A stretch of 64,000 bases of DNA, taken from the NCBI GenBank assembly GCA_965222225.1, contig CBDCTK010000002.1, positions 1,216,001-1,280,000 on the forward strand, written 5' to 3'. This DNA is from Candidatus Poribacteria bacterium. Its GTDB lineage: Bacteria; Poribacteria; WGA-4E; JAJDTR01. This document shows, in pieces, positions 10,089 through 20,207 of the stretch. Numbering within the stretch: position 1 is the first letter of the stretch; every line of letters begins with the position of its first letter. Both the position numbers and the translations under genes were made by a program. The notes below the pieces were generated by a model that ran no database searches, had not been told where the DNA came from, and was given only the letters and a program-made list of their open reading frames with translations.

Positions 10089-10517
10089 ATGAAAGGACAT
10101 CGGACAATGAAAGAAACTTTGGAGTTGTTCCTAACACCGGGAGTATTGGCCCTCGGAATAGCGATGCTGGCAATCATGTTCCGCATGACTCACAAACGAA
10201 TTGATGATTTGCGCTCCCAGATGGTGTCCGACCATAACCATCTTTCCGAAAAACTGGAAGTTATCGATCACAGGTTGTCTGAAAAGATTGACGCTGTCGA
10301 TAAGAGGCTGTTTGAAAAGATTGACGCCGTTGATAAGAGGCTGTCTGACAAGATTGACGCTGCTGATAAGAGGCTGTCAGGAATGATTAATACCCTTGAC
10401 CAGCAAATACACGGTATGAATCAAAGAATTGACACATTCAACAATCAGTTTGCCGCACATTTGGAATCGCACCGTTTTACCAACACACATAATCGCGCTA
10501 ACGGCGTTCGTCAATGA
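10089..10517 (+). CDS. Membrane-anchored coiled-coil protein with 11-aa tandem repeats (Bdr/apolipoprotein-like)
   Basis: N-terminal TM segment then LSEKIDAVDKR-type repeats (33-bp DNA repeats at ~10241-10380). Confidence 0.7.
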   Translation: MKGHRTMKETLELFLTPGVLALGIAMLAIMFRMTHKRIDDLRSQMVSDHNHLSEKLEVIDHRLSEKIDAVDKRLFEKIDAVDKRLSDKIDAADKRLSGMINTLDQQIHGMNQRIDTFNNQFAAHLESHRFTNTHNRANGVRQ

Positions 10518-10640
10518 ACGCAGCACGATAGACGAGATTCCATAAGCAGAAAAATTTTACTAACTACTTCCCAGAGAAGAACCGTTCCACCGCGCCCCGT
10601 TCCGCCAGTTCTGCTTTCGTATAATGAGCCGGCATAGCGG

Positions 10641-10986
10641 GCACCTTCCCAACACCTATCCGCCGCGCCCTTCCGTGCCGTCGAAAACCGTATCTCCGTT
10701 TTCCGCTGTGCGAACTGAGGCATCTCCTGCATAATCGATCCGTTCGGGAGGATAGTAAGCCAGACTATCACCCCGACCCAACCTGATGGCGTTCTGGTAG
10801 AAGACGTACCGTTGAAAAATCATCATAGCGCGAAACAAACGCTATACACCCGCTACGGCGATTGGTTTCCAATCCTATGTCTGCTGGCAGGCCTCGTACT
10901 AATTGGTCATAGAGGAACCGAACGTGGATCCACTCCAAACTCAGGCGGTACACCTGAAGCATCACTGGATTCCCCACACACATGTA
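10641..10986 (+). pseudogene. lnt: Duplicated, decaying 3' fragment of lnt (direct repeat copy 2)
   Basis: Matches 9237-9580; contains an in-frame TGA (10716-10718) and a 2-bp insertion near 10911. Confidence 0.88.
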
Positions 10987-11559
10987 GGAGCGATCTCCTG
11001 ATCGTGGACAAGTCAATTCGAGACCTGAAACTCTCCGATTTTACCTTCTCTTTTAGTTATTGAACCGGTCTCTAATCGTCCACTTGCAAGCGACGCCCTG
11101 CACCGTCTTTTTACAGAACACTTCCTTCAATACCAAGACGGAATCAAGCGAACAGGCAGTGAATGCGATAGTGACTCCCGTGCGAGATTGTCAGTCTCTC
11201 ATCAACGATTAGTCTTGTCCTAATATTGACGAATTTGGGGAATCAAACATGTGTTCTGCGCTTTAGAAGGTATTACACAAACGTATCTCAATTCCCTCTC
11301 GTGTCAGGCGCAAGATACGGATGCGATTGCCGCATCCGGTACCCGAGAAAAAGTTGCGAAAACGGGGCGGCAATGTTAACATTCTATCAATGATTAACGT
11401 TTCAGAGTTTTCAGAGTAGGCGTGAGAAATATAGCTAGACAGAAAACGGCGAAAGTCCATGCCAGGACTGATGTCTCGGCGGTTTCACAAGACGGGTACT
11501 CGGAATGATACTCTGAAACGGGGGCGATTTTTAATGCTGGTTCTGGCGTAATACGGAGG

Positions 11560-12498
11560 ATGACCATGACGGCAAAGAAGACTAATGCTTCACTTCAAAA
11601 CGCGCTTCAAGGTAGGGCGATGAGCAAGGGACGCACAGAACTTGGATCGGATATAAGGAAGTTGCTAGATACGTTAGATGGGGATGAGCGTGTTGAGGCG
11701 GTTATTGAGCGGGTGCAACGATATACGGTCGAGGCAGCGGGTAGAACCGTAGACTCCGACTTTCGCCTGATGGGGAAACATCTAGCCGATGAGATTAAGG
11801 AGATAATCTGCAAAGAATTGGCGCCATACGTATCGTCCTATATCTCAGATGCACACCGGGAATTGGTCGTCCACGCTCATGCGCGCGGGTTATCTACCGC
11901 CGATGCGGTTCGGACGTTGATATTGGAAGACCGTACGATGAATCGGCTGGCGCAAGAGGACGCTGTGGGCGTGGAAGATTTACGCACAATCTTGATTCAT
12001 CGGTTATCGTATCTTAAGCCGGGGACGGCGCGATGGCCCGAAGCGAAGTACGGTTCGGTGTGGCGCGAAGCGCGGGAAGAGTATAGGCAACAAGTCAGTG
12101 ATATTCCGTTCACCTCTCAAGCGGAGCAGGCTGCGCTTTTAGCCAAGAATGCGGAGCGGATAAACCGTGCTTTAGACAATGAAAAAAATTCCGTCAAAGA
12201 TATTCAAATGCTGACAAATTCGCTGACCAAAACCTTGGAGAGTCTGCGAAAGCTATCGGCGGTTGACGAGCCGATGCCTGCGAGTCTGTCCGGGGTTCAG
12301 CTTGTCGGCGTGCTGGAGCGGTTGACGCTTGCCTTGGGAGCACCCGAACAGAAACAGCTTGGTGGCGATGCGAAGGAACTGGTTGGAGTTTTGGAGCACT
12401 TAACGCTTGCATTGAAAGCGCCGCAGCGAGAGCGGACGGGCAACGGAGTTAAGGCACTGCCTTCGGAGGCGGACGCGGACGACGGCAAAGCAGAATAA
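11560..12498 (+). CDS. Hypothetical phage-like protein with a DUF2280-like segment
   Basis: GGAGG RBS; 'SYLKPG..W..KYGSVWREAREEYRQQVSDIPFTSQAEQ' resembles the DUF2280 core from memory. Confidence 0.55.
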   Translation: MTMTAKKTNASLQNALQGRAMSKGRTELGSDIRKLLDTLDGDERVEAVIERVQRYTVEAAGRTVDSDFRLMGKHLADEIKEIICKELAPYVSSYISDAHRELVVHAHARGLSTADAVRTLILEDRTMNRLAQEDAVGVEDLRTILIHRLSYLKPGTARWPEAKYGSVWREAREEYRQQVSDIPFTSQAEQAALLAKNAERINRALDNEKNSVKDIQMLTNSLTKTLESLRKLSAVDEPMPASLSGVQLVGVLERLTLALGAPEQKQLGGDAKELVGVLEHLTLALKAPQRERTGNGVKALPSEADADDGKAE

Positions 12499-12683
12499 TA
12501 CGGCAGAAACGACGAGTCGTCTTTTTTTCGAGGCGTTGACGTGGCGACTTTCACACTCATCCCTTGTTTTATCATCAAGCATTTTAGCCTGACCGAGTAG
12601 GTCGGCTTTTTCCCCTTGAATCTCCCTCATTTATGTCTAAAGGATAGTGGGAAAGTTTAATGACAGTCGACTGTCTTTTTTGA

Positions 12684-12712
12684 TTGACAACTACTCATAT
12701 GTATAGTATAAT
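12684..12712 (+). promoter_or_regulatory. Consensus sigma70 promoter
   Basis: TTGACA (12684-12689), 17-bp spacer, TATAAT (12707-12712); preceded by the palindrome GACAGTCGACTGTC (12662-12675). Confidence 0.8.
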
Positions 12713-12802
12713 GTGGACGTGGCCCGATGGAATGGGAATGGTAGCTCCCCAATTTGTTTTAATGCTCGGATTACATCTTACTTGAAAGGAGACATTCCAC
12801 GA

Positions 12803-13606
12803 ATGAAAGTAAGAATTCTAGTCACGCTTGAGGTAATTGACAACGGCTGGCTCGACCCTGCACGTAGGGCGTCAACGTGCACCGTGGCGCAGGCGCTGGT
12901 AAACGCGAAGATTGTGAGGGATACGCTCGGAGTCGACGTTTTGAACGACACAGTCTTGCTGCGGTTGCCGAATGATGGAGATCAATCCGTGTTTACCGTG
13001 TCACTGGCGTTTTCGGAATGGATTCGTAAGTTTGATCGATGGACAGCCGTCCGGAGCAATTATCAAAAATGGCGCAAAGAATGCGCAGACTTACGACGAC
13101 TTGGAAAGACGGACTTGCCGCCAATGCCAGCAATCAAGGGAAAAGCGGCGACGCCCGTTACAGTCATCATGGACACTGAAGAACAACACGTCTCTATCGA
13201 AGGCGATCCAGCATCCAAGAGCGAGAGGGTTGTGCTCCCGCCATCCTATCGCGATAGGTATCTTCTAAGTATCCGTGACAATTTTGAGTCACTACTGCGA
13301 TTAGACACAGAACGCTTCAATTCACTCTGCAGTTATCTTCACGTAGTGGCGGGAGGACAATTGTCGAGTTCTGTCCGGAGGATGGGTCCCCCGGGGAAGA
13401 GCAAGGCGTACCCACAAACCGTGGTCAAGCCTGTATCGAATTACAGCGGCAACTCTGGCGATGTCCAGGCACACTCTCCGGAAAAATACAGCATGTCAAC
13501 CCAGCGCGACAAAATGTCAAAGAACCAGAATGGTTCAAAATGCCCAAAATCGCCGTCCGTTTATCCGTCTGAATACCAGAACCCCCAACTCGATCTAAAA
13601 TCGTGA
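12803..13606 (+). CDS. Hypothetical protein (phage-like 'IDxG...CxxAxA...WIxxFD' family)
   Basis: ATG after GAAAGGAG RBS; paralogous to 23978..24415. Confidence 0.65.
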   Translation: MKVRILVTLEVIDNGWLDPARRASTCTVAQALVNAKIVRDTLGVDVLNDTVLLRLPNDGDQSVFTVSLAFSEWIRKFDRWTAVRSNYQKWRKECADLRRLGKTDLPPMPAIKGKAATPVTVIMDTEEQHVSIEGDPASKSERVVLPPSYRDRYLLSIRDNFESLLRLDTERFNSLCSYLHVVAGGQLSSSVRRMGPPGKSKAYPQTVVKPVSNYSGNSGDVQAHSPEKYSMSTQRDKMSKNQNGSKCPKSPSVYPSEYQNPQLDLKS

Positions 13607-13656
13607 ATGTGACGGCAAAGCGTAGTCATCCGAGGTGACAGTCGTACATAACCTAA

Positions 13657-13890
13657 GAGCCTGTTTGAATAATCGGTGGTAAAGCCATTTTTGGTCATTT
13701 GTAGAAAGTTTTTTCATGTTTTCATTGTTGGCTGCTACATACCTGTCACTATTCTATCGCACTCACTATTCGATCGCTTGATCCCACGCTGGGGCTTTTA
13801 GCGGCTGGTAGGATTTCTATGGGATTTCTATCGCACTCGTTATCCACTCGTTTGATCGCACCCTACAAACTGTACTTTTCAAACAGGCTC
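13657..13890. mobile_element. MITE, IS1031-like ends, copy 2
   Basis: Same 13-bp TIRs; TAA duplication at 13654-13656 and 13891-13893; first ~150 bp nearly identical to copy 1. Confidence 0.85.
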
Positions 13891-13944
13891 TAAGAATGAG
13901 ACACAACTACAAGTTGGCGTGATTTGGTGCGTTGGAATAGCATT

Positions 13945-14065
13945 ATCCTGAAGGATATCGTGGTAGCCGCTGAAACCTATGTCGGCGAGAGTCTCGCAAG
14001 CGGACCAGGCGACCTTACAACGAGAATAGCGAAGATAAACCTAAGCGTGGTAGTGGAAAGACGTA
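13945..14065 (+). pseudogene. Degenerate IS1595-family transposase remnant
   Basis: Translates as ILKDIVVAAETYVG...KRGSGKT, similar to LLKGIVEADETYVGGKPR..KRGRGT in 20498..21127. Confidence 0.5.
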
Positions 14066-14773
14066 CCTTCAGTCGCAGCCACAAGAGGTAACTAACATTC
14101 GGGTGATAAAACCATGAGCCACCGAAAAACCTATGCCAATGCCCCAAATGGTATGTGGTTGTTTCCGCAGAGTTCCTGCGAGACATATTAACCGAGTATT
14201 TGAATCATCCAGAATACGGCAAGGACTTCAGTATCCATCAGCACTGTTTCATGTGTGCCAATGATGACCGAACTGAATCCTATACTATAAGATGGCCTGA
14301 TAACACCTGAGAGCGGTCCTGAAGAATTGTTCGGGGACCTACCTCACCCAAACATGTTGAATGCCCTGTTTGTTGGATCGCGAGACGGCACTCTGACGAT
14401 TCCGTCGAGATTCTCAAACACCGACAACTAACAACAAACTGGGAAGACTGGGGGACCTTGCCCGCAGGGTAGAAGTAAAAGCTAATTGTCGGCGTGCAAG
14501 AGGCAATCTTACTAGCATAACTTCGACAAGAGAAGACTTCGGCGCGGGGCGGTTGACATTGCGACTCATGATGTGGATGATTTTAATGATGATGTAAAAG
14601 GCGTGCGTTCCCACTTGGCTAACCCCCTGTCCGCCTCCCGCATCGCCTTAGGAGCTACTCACTTAGGCCGATGCCCTTCCACAAGTGAGAAGGGGAGTTC
14701 AGCGAGGCGTGCATCGTCGTGGCTTTTGCAACTCCACTAAACGCAATAGAGATATGCAATACCTGGCGGCGTT

Positions 14774-15121
14774 ATGACAGTCGTACAGAGCCTAAAGATG
14801 AAATCCAAACTTCCCACTCTCCGCCTCGGCTACATTCTCGTGTGCTTGGCGGTTTCCATCGCTATTCCCATCCCGCCAACCGGCGCCTCACTCAAACACG
14901 CCGCGGTCGTCGGCTTCGAGTCCCCGCGCTCCTTGGCAGGGTTTCTAATACTGTGGTTTATTTTGAGCCAGCTAAACATCATTCCAAGAAGTTGGAACAG
15001 GACAAAAACGAATCCCCGGAAACGACTTCAGCTCATCGAACCCTTCGACAAAATGCGGCATTGGAATCCATCAGATCGTGTCTCACTCCAAATGAGCGCT
15101 GACGTGAACAAAGGAGAATAA
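14774..15121 (+). CDS. Hypothetical small membrane protein
   Basis: Two hydrophobic segments; directly upstream of the DUF4159 gene. Confidence 0.4.
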   Translation: MTVVQSLKMKSKLPTLRLGYILVCLAVSIAIPIPPTGASLKHAAVVGFESPRSLAGFLILWFILSQLNIIPRSWNRTKTNPRKRLQLIEPFDKMRHWNPSDRVSLQMSADVNKGE

Positions 15122-15123
15122 TC

Positions 15124-16587
15124 ATGGAGCAACTCGGATATATCGCCCTCGGCTGTGTTCTGATATTAGTCGTGCTGGGACTGCGGCGCGTGGACTGGTC
15201 GAAGATTAGGTTGCCGAAATTTGGACGGGCGGGTGTCGGCGTGGGCGCCAGAACGAAGAACTCGGTGCTATTGAGCATCGCGTTTCACGCTGTGCTGGCG
15301 TTGATTGGTGCGTTATTCATTGTTACGAAGGACATCGAACACGACGCTATCAACGTGGAGTGGGTGAAGATACCGCGGACACCGCGGCGCCTAAAGACAC
15401 CTGAAGTCAAACCTGTCCAACCCCGGATTATACCCCCTCGTAATCTGGCGACGCATCAAGCAACGCCGAATACAAAGCCGGTCGATGTGAAGGTGGCGGC
15501 GAGACGGTCGATTTCTCTGGTCGAAAGGAATTTTGATTTGTCCGTAGACACGAGCTAGGGGAGCGTGGGCGACATTGAAACCAAAGCTGAATTCGTCCCC
15601 AAGCCTCGCGAGATTACGCTGTCTTCACGTTCCGGGAAGGCCGGAACGGGTATGGTTACCGGAAGCGCCGACGCCCCCGGCAGAGGCAAAGGGAAAACTG
15701 CGGGCAGGGGCGGATTGGGCGCAACGATAGAATCGACGGGCACGGCGGATTCAGCCAGCCTAGAAGATTCCGACTTCACCCATCTGGAGACTGTACCTGA
15801 TGGCGAACTGGGCGCAATTCTCACGGGCGAGGGCAAGGACATATCCGGGCATATCCGGATGATACGATTGAAACATTCGCTTTCGGACTGGTGGCAGGAC
15901 CCGACGGCTATGCCTAGCTTTATGAAGTGGCTAAAGGATAATACGCGCATTCGGGCGGATATGAAATATAAGGGTGGATCACTTCGATTAACCGAGCCGG
16001 ATATTCAGGACGCCCCGCTAATCTTCATGACCGGGCACGACAAGGATATAACCGTGGGACGCGGACTCGCTAAAGACGGACCGTTATTGGACGGGTTTAG
16101 CACGGAAGAACGTGCAGCCTTGAGGAGATATATCGTAGAACGGGGCGGGATGCTTTTCTTTGACGATTGCGGTTTCAACGGACTCTTTGCCCAACAGGTC
16201 GCCCTCGAGCTCGGCAAAGTCTTTCCGGAGTATCCGCTCAAGGATATTCCGCACAACCACGAGATTTACAAACTCTATTACCAGCTCCCCCGGCCTCCCA
16301 CAGGGGGCGACGTGTTTTGGGCTGCTCCGGGCGCAGGCCAGCGCGCGGGAGGCGCCTATCGAGCTATCTCGTCGAAGTTCGCGTACCAGAAAGGCATCTC
16401 GATTGGCAGCAGATTATCCGTCGTCTATAACCGCAAAGATTACCTGTGCTCAATGGAGACCGCGGAAGTCGATAGTCGCGCTAGGCTGCGAGATAGGCGA
16501 TCGCCCGACGTTCACCGATTCATGACCAACCTCTTGGTCTATGCCATGAAATACGGCGGGAACACTGACAGGAGTAACTACCAATAG
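15124..16587 (+). CDS. Membrane-anchored DUF4159 protein interrupted by an in-frame TAG (15556-15558)
   Basis: ORFs 15124..15558 and 15565..16587 are in the same frame; SIAFHAVL TM anchor, DWWQDP, PLIFMTGH, GGMLFFDDCG and HEIY DUF4159 motifs. Confidence 0.75.
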
Positions 16588-16713
16588 CTTAGCCAATAAG
16601 GAGCTATCATGAACTTCACACAAAACTCCGTTACGCCACCCTCGGCATCGTAATCCCTTTGCCACGCTCGTCAGCAGATTTGTACTCTACGATCAAAAAA
16701 GTCCCACGACTCC

Positions 16714-16744
16714 GTAGGTTGGGTTGAGCACAGCGAAACCCAAC
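16714..16744 (+). repeat. GTAG-type REP-like palindrome
   Basis: GTAGGTTGGGTT-gagcacagcga-AACCCAAC; related copies at ~18178, 30462, 47993 and 48579-48680. Confidence 0.65.
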
Positions 16745-16905
16745 TCCCCGCAAATTCACCCGAATATCTTCCATCCGGCTCCCCATTCAATCGCTCTCTT
16801 CCATTCTTCCGCCCTTCCCCTCCCCTTGCCACTTGCGATTAAGTCTGCTATACTATATCAACCACAGAAATGATCGCCACAAATCCTTATTGAAAAAATC
16901 GTCCT

Positions 16906-18180
16906 ATGCGCATCCAAAGACCCCGCTTCCCCTGCTCTCCACTCATCGCCGCCGCCATCGTTATCCTACTTACCATTGGCTTCACCGTTCCGTGCGCCCA
17001 CGCTTCGGGCCCGTGGGTCGAGGTTAAATCACCGGGCGAATTGGATGTCGGAATCATTCATTTTATCGATGCCGAAATCGGTTGGGCTGTGGGGTCAGAT
17101 TTTATACTCCGCACCGCAGATGGGGGACACAATTGGCACCGGCATGAAAGGCCTGACGACCTTCCTCGCTGGACGAAGGATTTTTCTTCTCCGACGACGG
17201 GATGGAGCCTAACCGAGTGGCGCCATCAGAATTCCCCCATGTTGCTTGAAGACATCGAGTTCATTCAAACTACCGATGGCGGCTTAACATGGCAACCAAA
17301 GCGCGGGAAGGTTACCGAGTTGGTTCTCATTGGAGATGAGACGCCTCACCCTGACCGACCCCTTGCGGACAACGTAAGGCTTAAACAAGTCGGAATCTAT
17401 TTTTTTGATGATCAGTTTGGGTGGATTGTCGGACCCACGGGCAATTGGGTCTGGCGCCACGACTGGCTTGGGGATCCGATCGGGAATTTATTAGCAGGCA
17501 ATTACCTATGTTCTACTCGTGACGGCGGCGAGTCGTGGAAGTGCCAGATTCATATCTATCTCTCGCGCAAACAAGGACACTTCAATATTGATGAATATTT
17601 GAGAATGCCCGAACATGTATATTTTCTCAATCCTCAGGTAGGGTGGATCGCGCCAGCCACCGGTTGGATGTATCACACAACGAATGACGGCACGGATTGG
17701 GAAGTGGTAGGTCACCCACTTGCGGGAGTCATGCCGGTCCTGCCCCGTGAGCGCTTTCTTACTAAACTCAAATTCGTTGATGAATCTCGCGGCTGGGCGG
17801 GCACTACATGGGCTGGCACTCCAGAAAGTGCATGGTTCACCGCAGACGGAGGACGGACATGGAGCATAAAATTTAGAGGCCTGAGTGGTGTCCTTTATGC
17901 CAACAAAGATGGTGTGTGGCTGCCAGGCTATAGGTGGTCTCCTACTGGCGAGACAATTCGAGGGATTTTCTATTCGGCGGATGATGGAGACACCTGGGAA
18001 CTGGAATGGGAAGGTCCCCAACGCATATATGTCATCGTATACAATGAAGCGACGCAATCCCTCTGGGCGGGCGGAGAAGGCATAATTCTTCATAAGAACT
18101 TGCAAACAGCCGTCGCGCCGCAAGGTAAACTGACTACTCTCTGGGGAAAACTCAAAGACGCTCCCGACTCCAACCCGTAG
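16906..18180 (+). CDS. YCF48/BNR-repeat beta-propeller secreted protein with a Poribacteria-type C-terminal motif
   Basis: Signal peptide, repeated (T/S)xDGGxxW BNR motifs, terminal AVAPQGKLTTLWGKLK. Confidence 0.8.
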   Translation: MRIQRPRFPCSPLIAAAIVILLTIGFTVPCAHASGPWVEVKSPGELDVGIIHFIDAEIGWAVGSDFILRTADGGHNWHRHERPDDLPRWTKDFSSPTTGWSLTEWRHQNSPMLLEDIEFIQTTDGGLTWQPKRGKVTELVLIGDETPHPDRPLADNVRLKQVGIYFFDDQFGWIVGPTGNWVWRHDWLGDPIGNLLAGNYLCSTRDGGESWKCQIHIYLSRKQGHFNIDEYLRMPEHVYFLNPQVGWIAPATGWMYHTTNDGTDWEVVGHPLAGVMPVLPRERFLTKLKFVDESRGWAGTTWAGTPESAWFTADGGRTWSIKFRGLSGVLYANKDGVWLPGYRWSPTGETIRGIFYSADDGDTWELEWEGPQRIYVIVYNEATQSLWAGGEGIILHKNLQTAVAPQGKLTTLWGKLKDAPDSNP

Positions 18181-18552
18181 GTTAGGATCAAGCGACTGAT
18201 TAAGGAGCGCGATAGAAATCTCAGAGAGCACAGCGAAACCCAACTTCATTGGGCTCCGCAGCATATCCATAGGGTGAGATTGGGTATCGTCTAATCCCCG
18301 ATTTCCGCCCCTACTGACCCTCATCCCCTGTAGGAGCGATCAACTGAATGGACAGTGAAGGATTTGTTGCGGTACTCACTGGGAAATAAAGACCGATCTC
18401 CCGAACGCTATTAGTGTACGAGATTCTTATCTCGCGCACAATCCCAACATGATTTTTCTAGTTGGATTACCCTGGCTTTTCGTCGATCTGGACACTTACC
18501 CTAGTGATTCACCCTATTGGCTGAGAGATGCACATGGACAAATCGCCATGGG

Positions 18553-19263
18553 CTATGGCTTGGCCAGGGCAAACACTTCAACCTTTTTTATGAGGCCCAA
18601 AGCATGGGTTTTGGGGATAACTCGAACCGCGTCTCCTTCAGCTCGAATATCAACCGACGTAACCCCTTCTATCCAGCCCTTGAATTGCTTGACATGAACC
18701 CACCTGTCTTCTCCCGTCCGGACATAAATATCCGTGTTTCGCATTCGGTCAATCGAATGAATCACGACTCGTCGGATATGACGCTGTTCGCGCAACTTAA
18801 CGGCATGTGCGCTAGGCAGAGATGCGGACATGGGGTCGTAAAAGAACGTCGCATCAATGCGTTCCAATTCTTCCGGCACCTCGAGTAGCTTGGCGCAGCC
18901 AGTCATTGTTCCGAAACTTATCGCTACGAGTGCGACGACAAGCTGGCCGTACCTGTTTGTGCCGCGCGTACCTTTGACAAAGGGCATGATTCTCAAATTC
19001 CAGTAAGGCACGAACATCCACCAACCAGGTTTGTTGAGATCATGACAACGTTTGACCGAGGCTGCCCCTGCTACCCAAACGTAAAAACCCAATAGGGCGT
19101 ATCTAACGATAGACATGACAATCCAAAACGTTTTTGAAACTACGAGAACTCCAGCAGCGCATGAGGCAACAGTCAGTAGTATGAGCGCACCGCCTCCAAT
19201 GCCGAAGACATGCCAATAGTCTTTTGTTGTGGATCGACCTTTGAATGAAAAGAGTTCGTTCAT
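18553..19263 (-). CDS. DUF805 membrane domain fused to a lipoprotein-like domain
   Basis: LFSFKGR...YW, VKRCHDLNKPGW and KGTRGTNRYG are DUF805 motifs; followed by TGCAK and a beta-rich domain. Confidence 0.65.
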   Translation of the reverse strand: MNELFSFKGRSTTKDYWHVFGIGGGALILLTVASCAAGVLVVSKTFWIVMSIVRYALLGFYVWVAGAASVKRCHDLNKPGWWMFVPYWNLRIMPFVKGTRGTNRYGQLVVALVAISFGTMTGCAKLLEVPEELERIDATFFYDPMSASLPSAHAVKLREQRHIRRVVIHSIDRMRNTDIYVRTGEDRWVHVKQFKGWIEGVTSVDIRAEGDAVRVIPKTHALGLIKKVEVFALAKP

Positions 19264-19296
19264 AGGATGAAGTATAGTAAAGCATTGAGGCAGCGT

Positions 19297-19535
19297 CAAC
19301 CATAAAGGGCTGCGAAAGAGCCACTTCGAGCGTGGGCTCTCGGAAACGACGGTACGCCATCGGATACGGGCGATATTTCATCTTTGGCCAGAATGGTTTT
19401 TACTCCGGAGACGAAGCGAGCAGCAAGTGTTGATTGACCGCCTTACTTCCGAAGTTGACTATTTGCGCACAGACGCAACTCCTGGCAGTCTTGACCGCAC
19501 AGAACAGTGACATGGTGGCGAAGTTGAATCCCCCT
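19297..19535 (+). pseudogene. Degenerate HTH/coiled-coil gene (copy of the 23366 gene family)
   Basis: DNA at 19333-19420 aligns with 23418-23537, with an internal deletion; continues LIDRLTSEVDYLR. Confidence 0.6.
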
Positions 19536-19889
19536 CCTCAACCGTCATGGGTTGAGAGGATTCGCGCGAAGTTTCTCACGATACGCACCAAAGGCGACAC
19601 AGAGGCTTGATAGCCTATCTGTGAGACATTAACCTCGTACCAACACACAAACGCACGAGAATCAAGCGAATACGAAAGGACATTCAATTTCAGTACAATC
19701 ACTTGCGCCGCTCTATTTACGGCACTCATTGTGGGGCTTTGCGGCGTGAACTGAGGAATCATCATCCGAAATGGTTAGCTCATCTTCAGTTTCAGTTAAG
19801 GGATCAATCAAGTTGACTGGAGATGAGGTTGCAGTGTCCAGAAGGCTTGGTTGAGATGGTGGTAAGAACAACATGTTTCCTGCGCATGG

Positions 19890-20207
19890 CTAGTCGTCTC
19901 CTTCCTGTTCTTCCTGGACGGCGGCTTCTGCCGCGGCCTGTTCGGCTTCCAACCTCGCAATTTCAGCGTTCGTATTGGAGATGGCGGAATTAGAATCCGC
20001 TATCCGACGTTCTAAGTCGTCGATTTTAGCTGCACGAGCGGCTGCCTCGGCCTTGGAATCATGAAAATGTTGCATGGCGTCGGCTGCTTGACGCTGTAGG
20101 TCGGCGTTATCATCCGCAAACCAGACTTCTGTAACCAGCCAGAACACGCCACTTACAAACATGATCCCGGCAACAATGGTGGCAAGAGCAACATGTTTCC
20201 TGCGCAT
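19890..20207 (-). CDS. Small TM plus coiled-coil hypothetical protein
   Basis: AAGGAG RBS; flanked by 35-bp direct repeats at 19869-19903 and 20189-20223. Confidence 0.65.
   Translation of the reverse strand: MRRKHVALATIVAGIMFVSGVFWLVTEVWFADDNADLQRQAADAMQHFHDSKAEAAARAAKIDDLERRIADSNSAISNTNAEIARLEAEQAAAEAAVQEEQEGDD

Noticed and set aside
10615-10626. loxP-like TTCGTATAATG at the edge of the lnt duplicate
   Set aside because: Only one partial arm with no inverted partner; likely chance or a -10 box.
9237-10986. lnt duplicate as a DGR template/variable repeat pair
   Set aside because: Differences are mainly synonymous and not adenine-specific; no reverse transcriptase in the window.
17506-18324. 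272-aa antisense ORF over the BNR-repeat gene
   Set aside because: Antisense shadow that starts in repeat DNA; no protein motifs.
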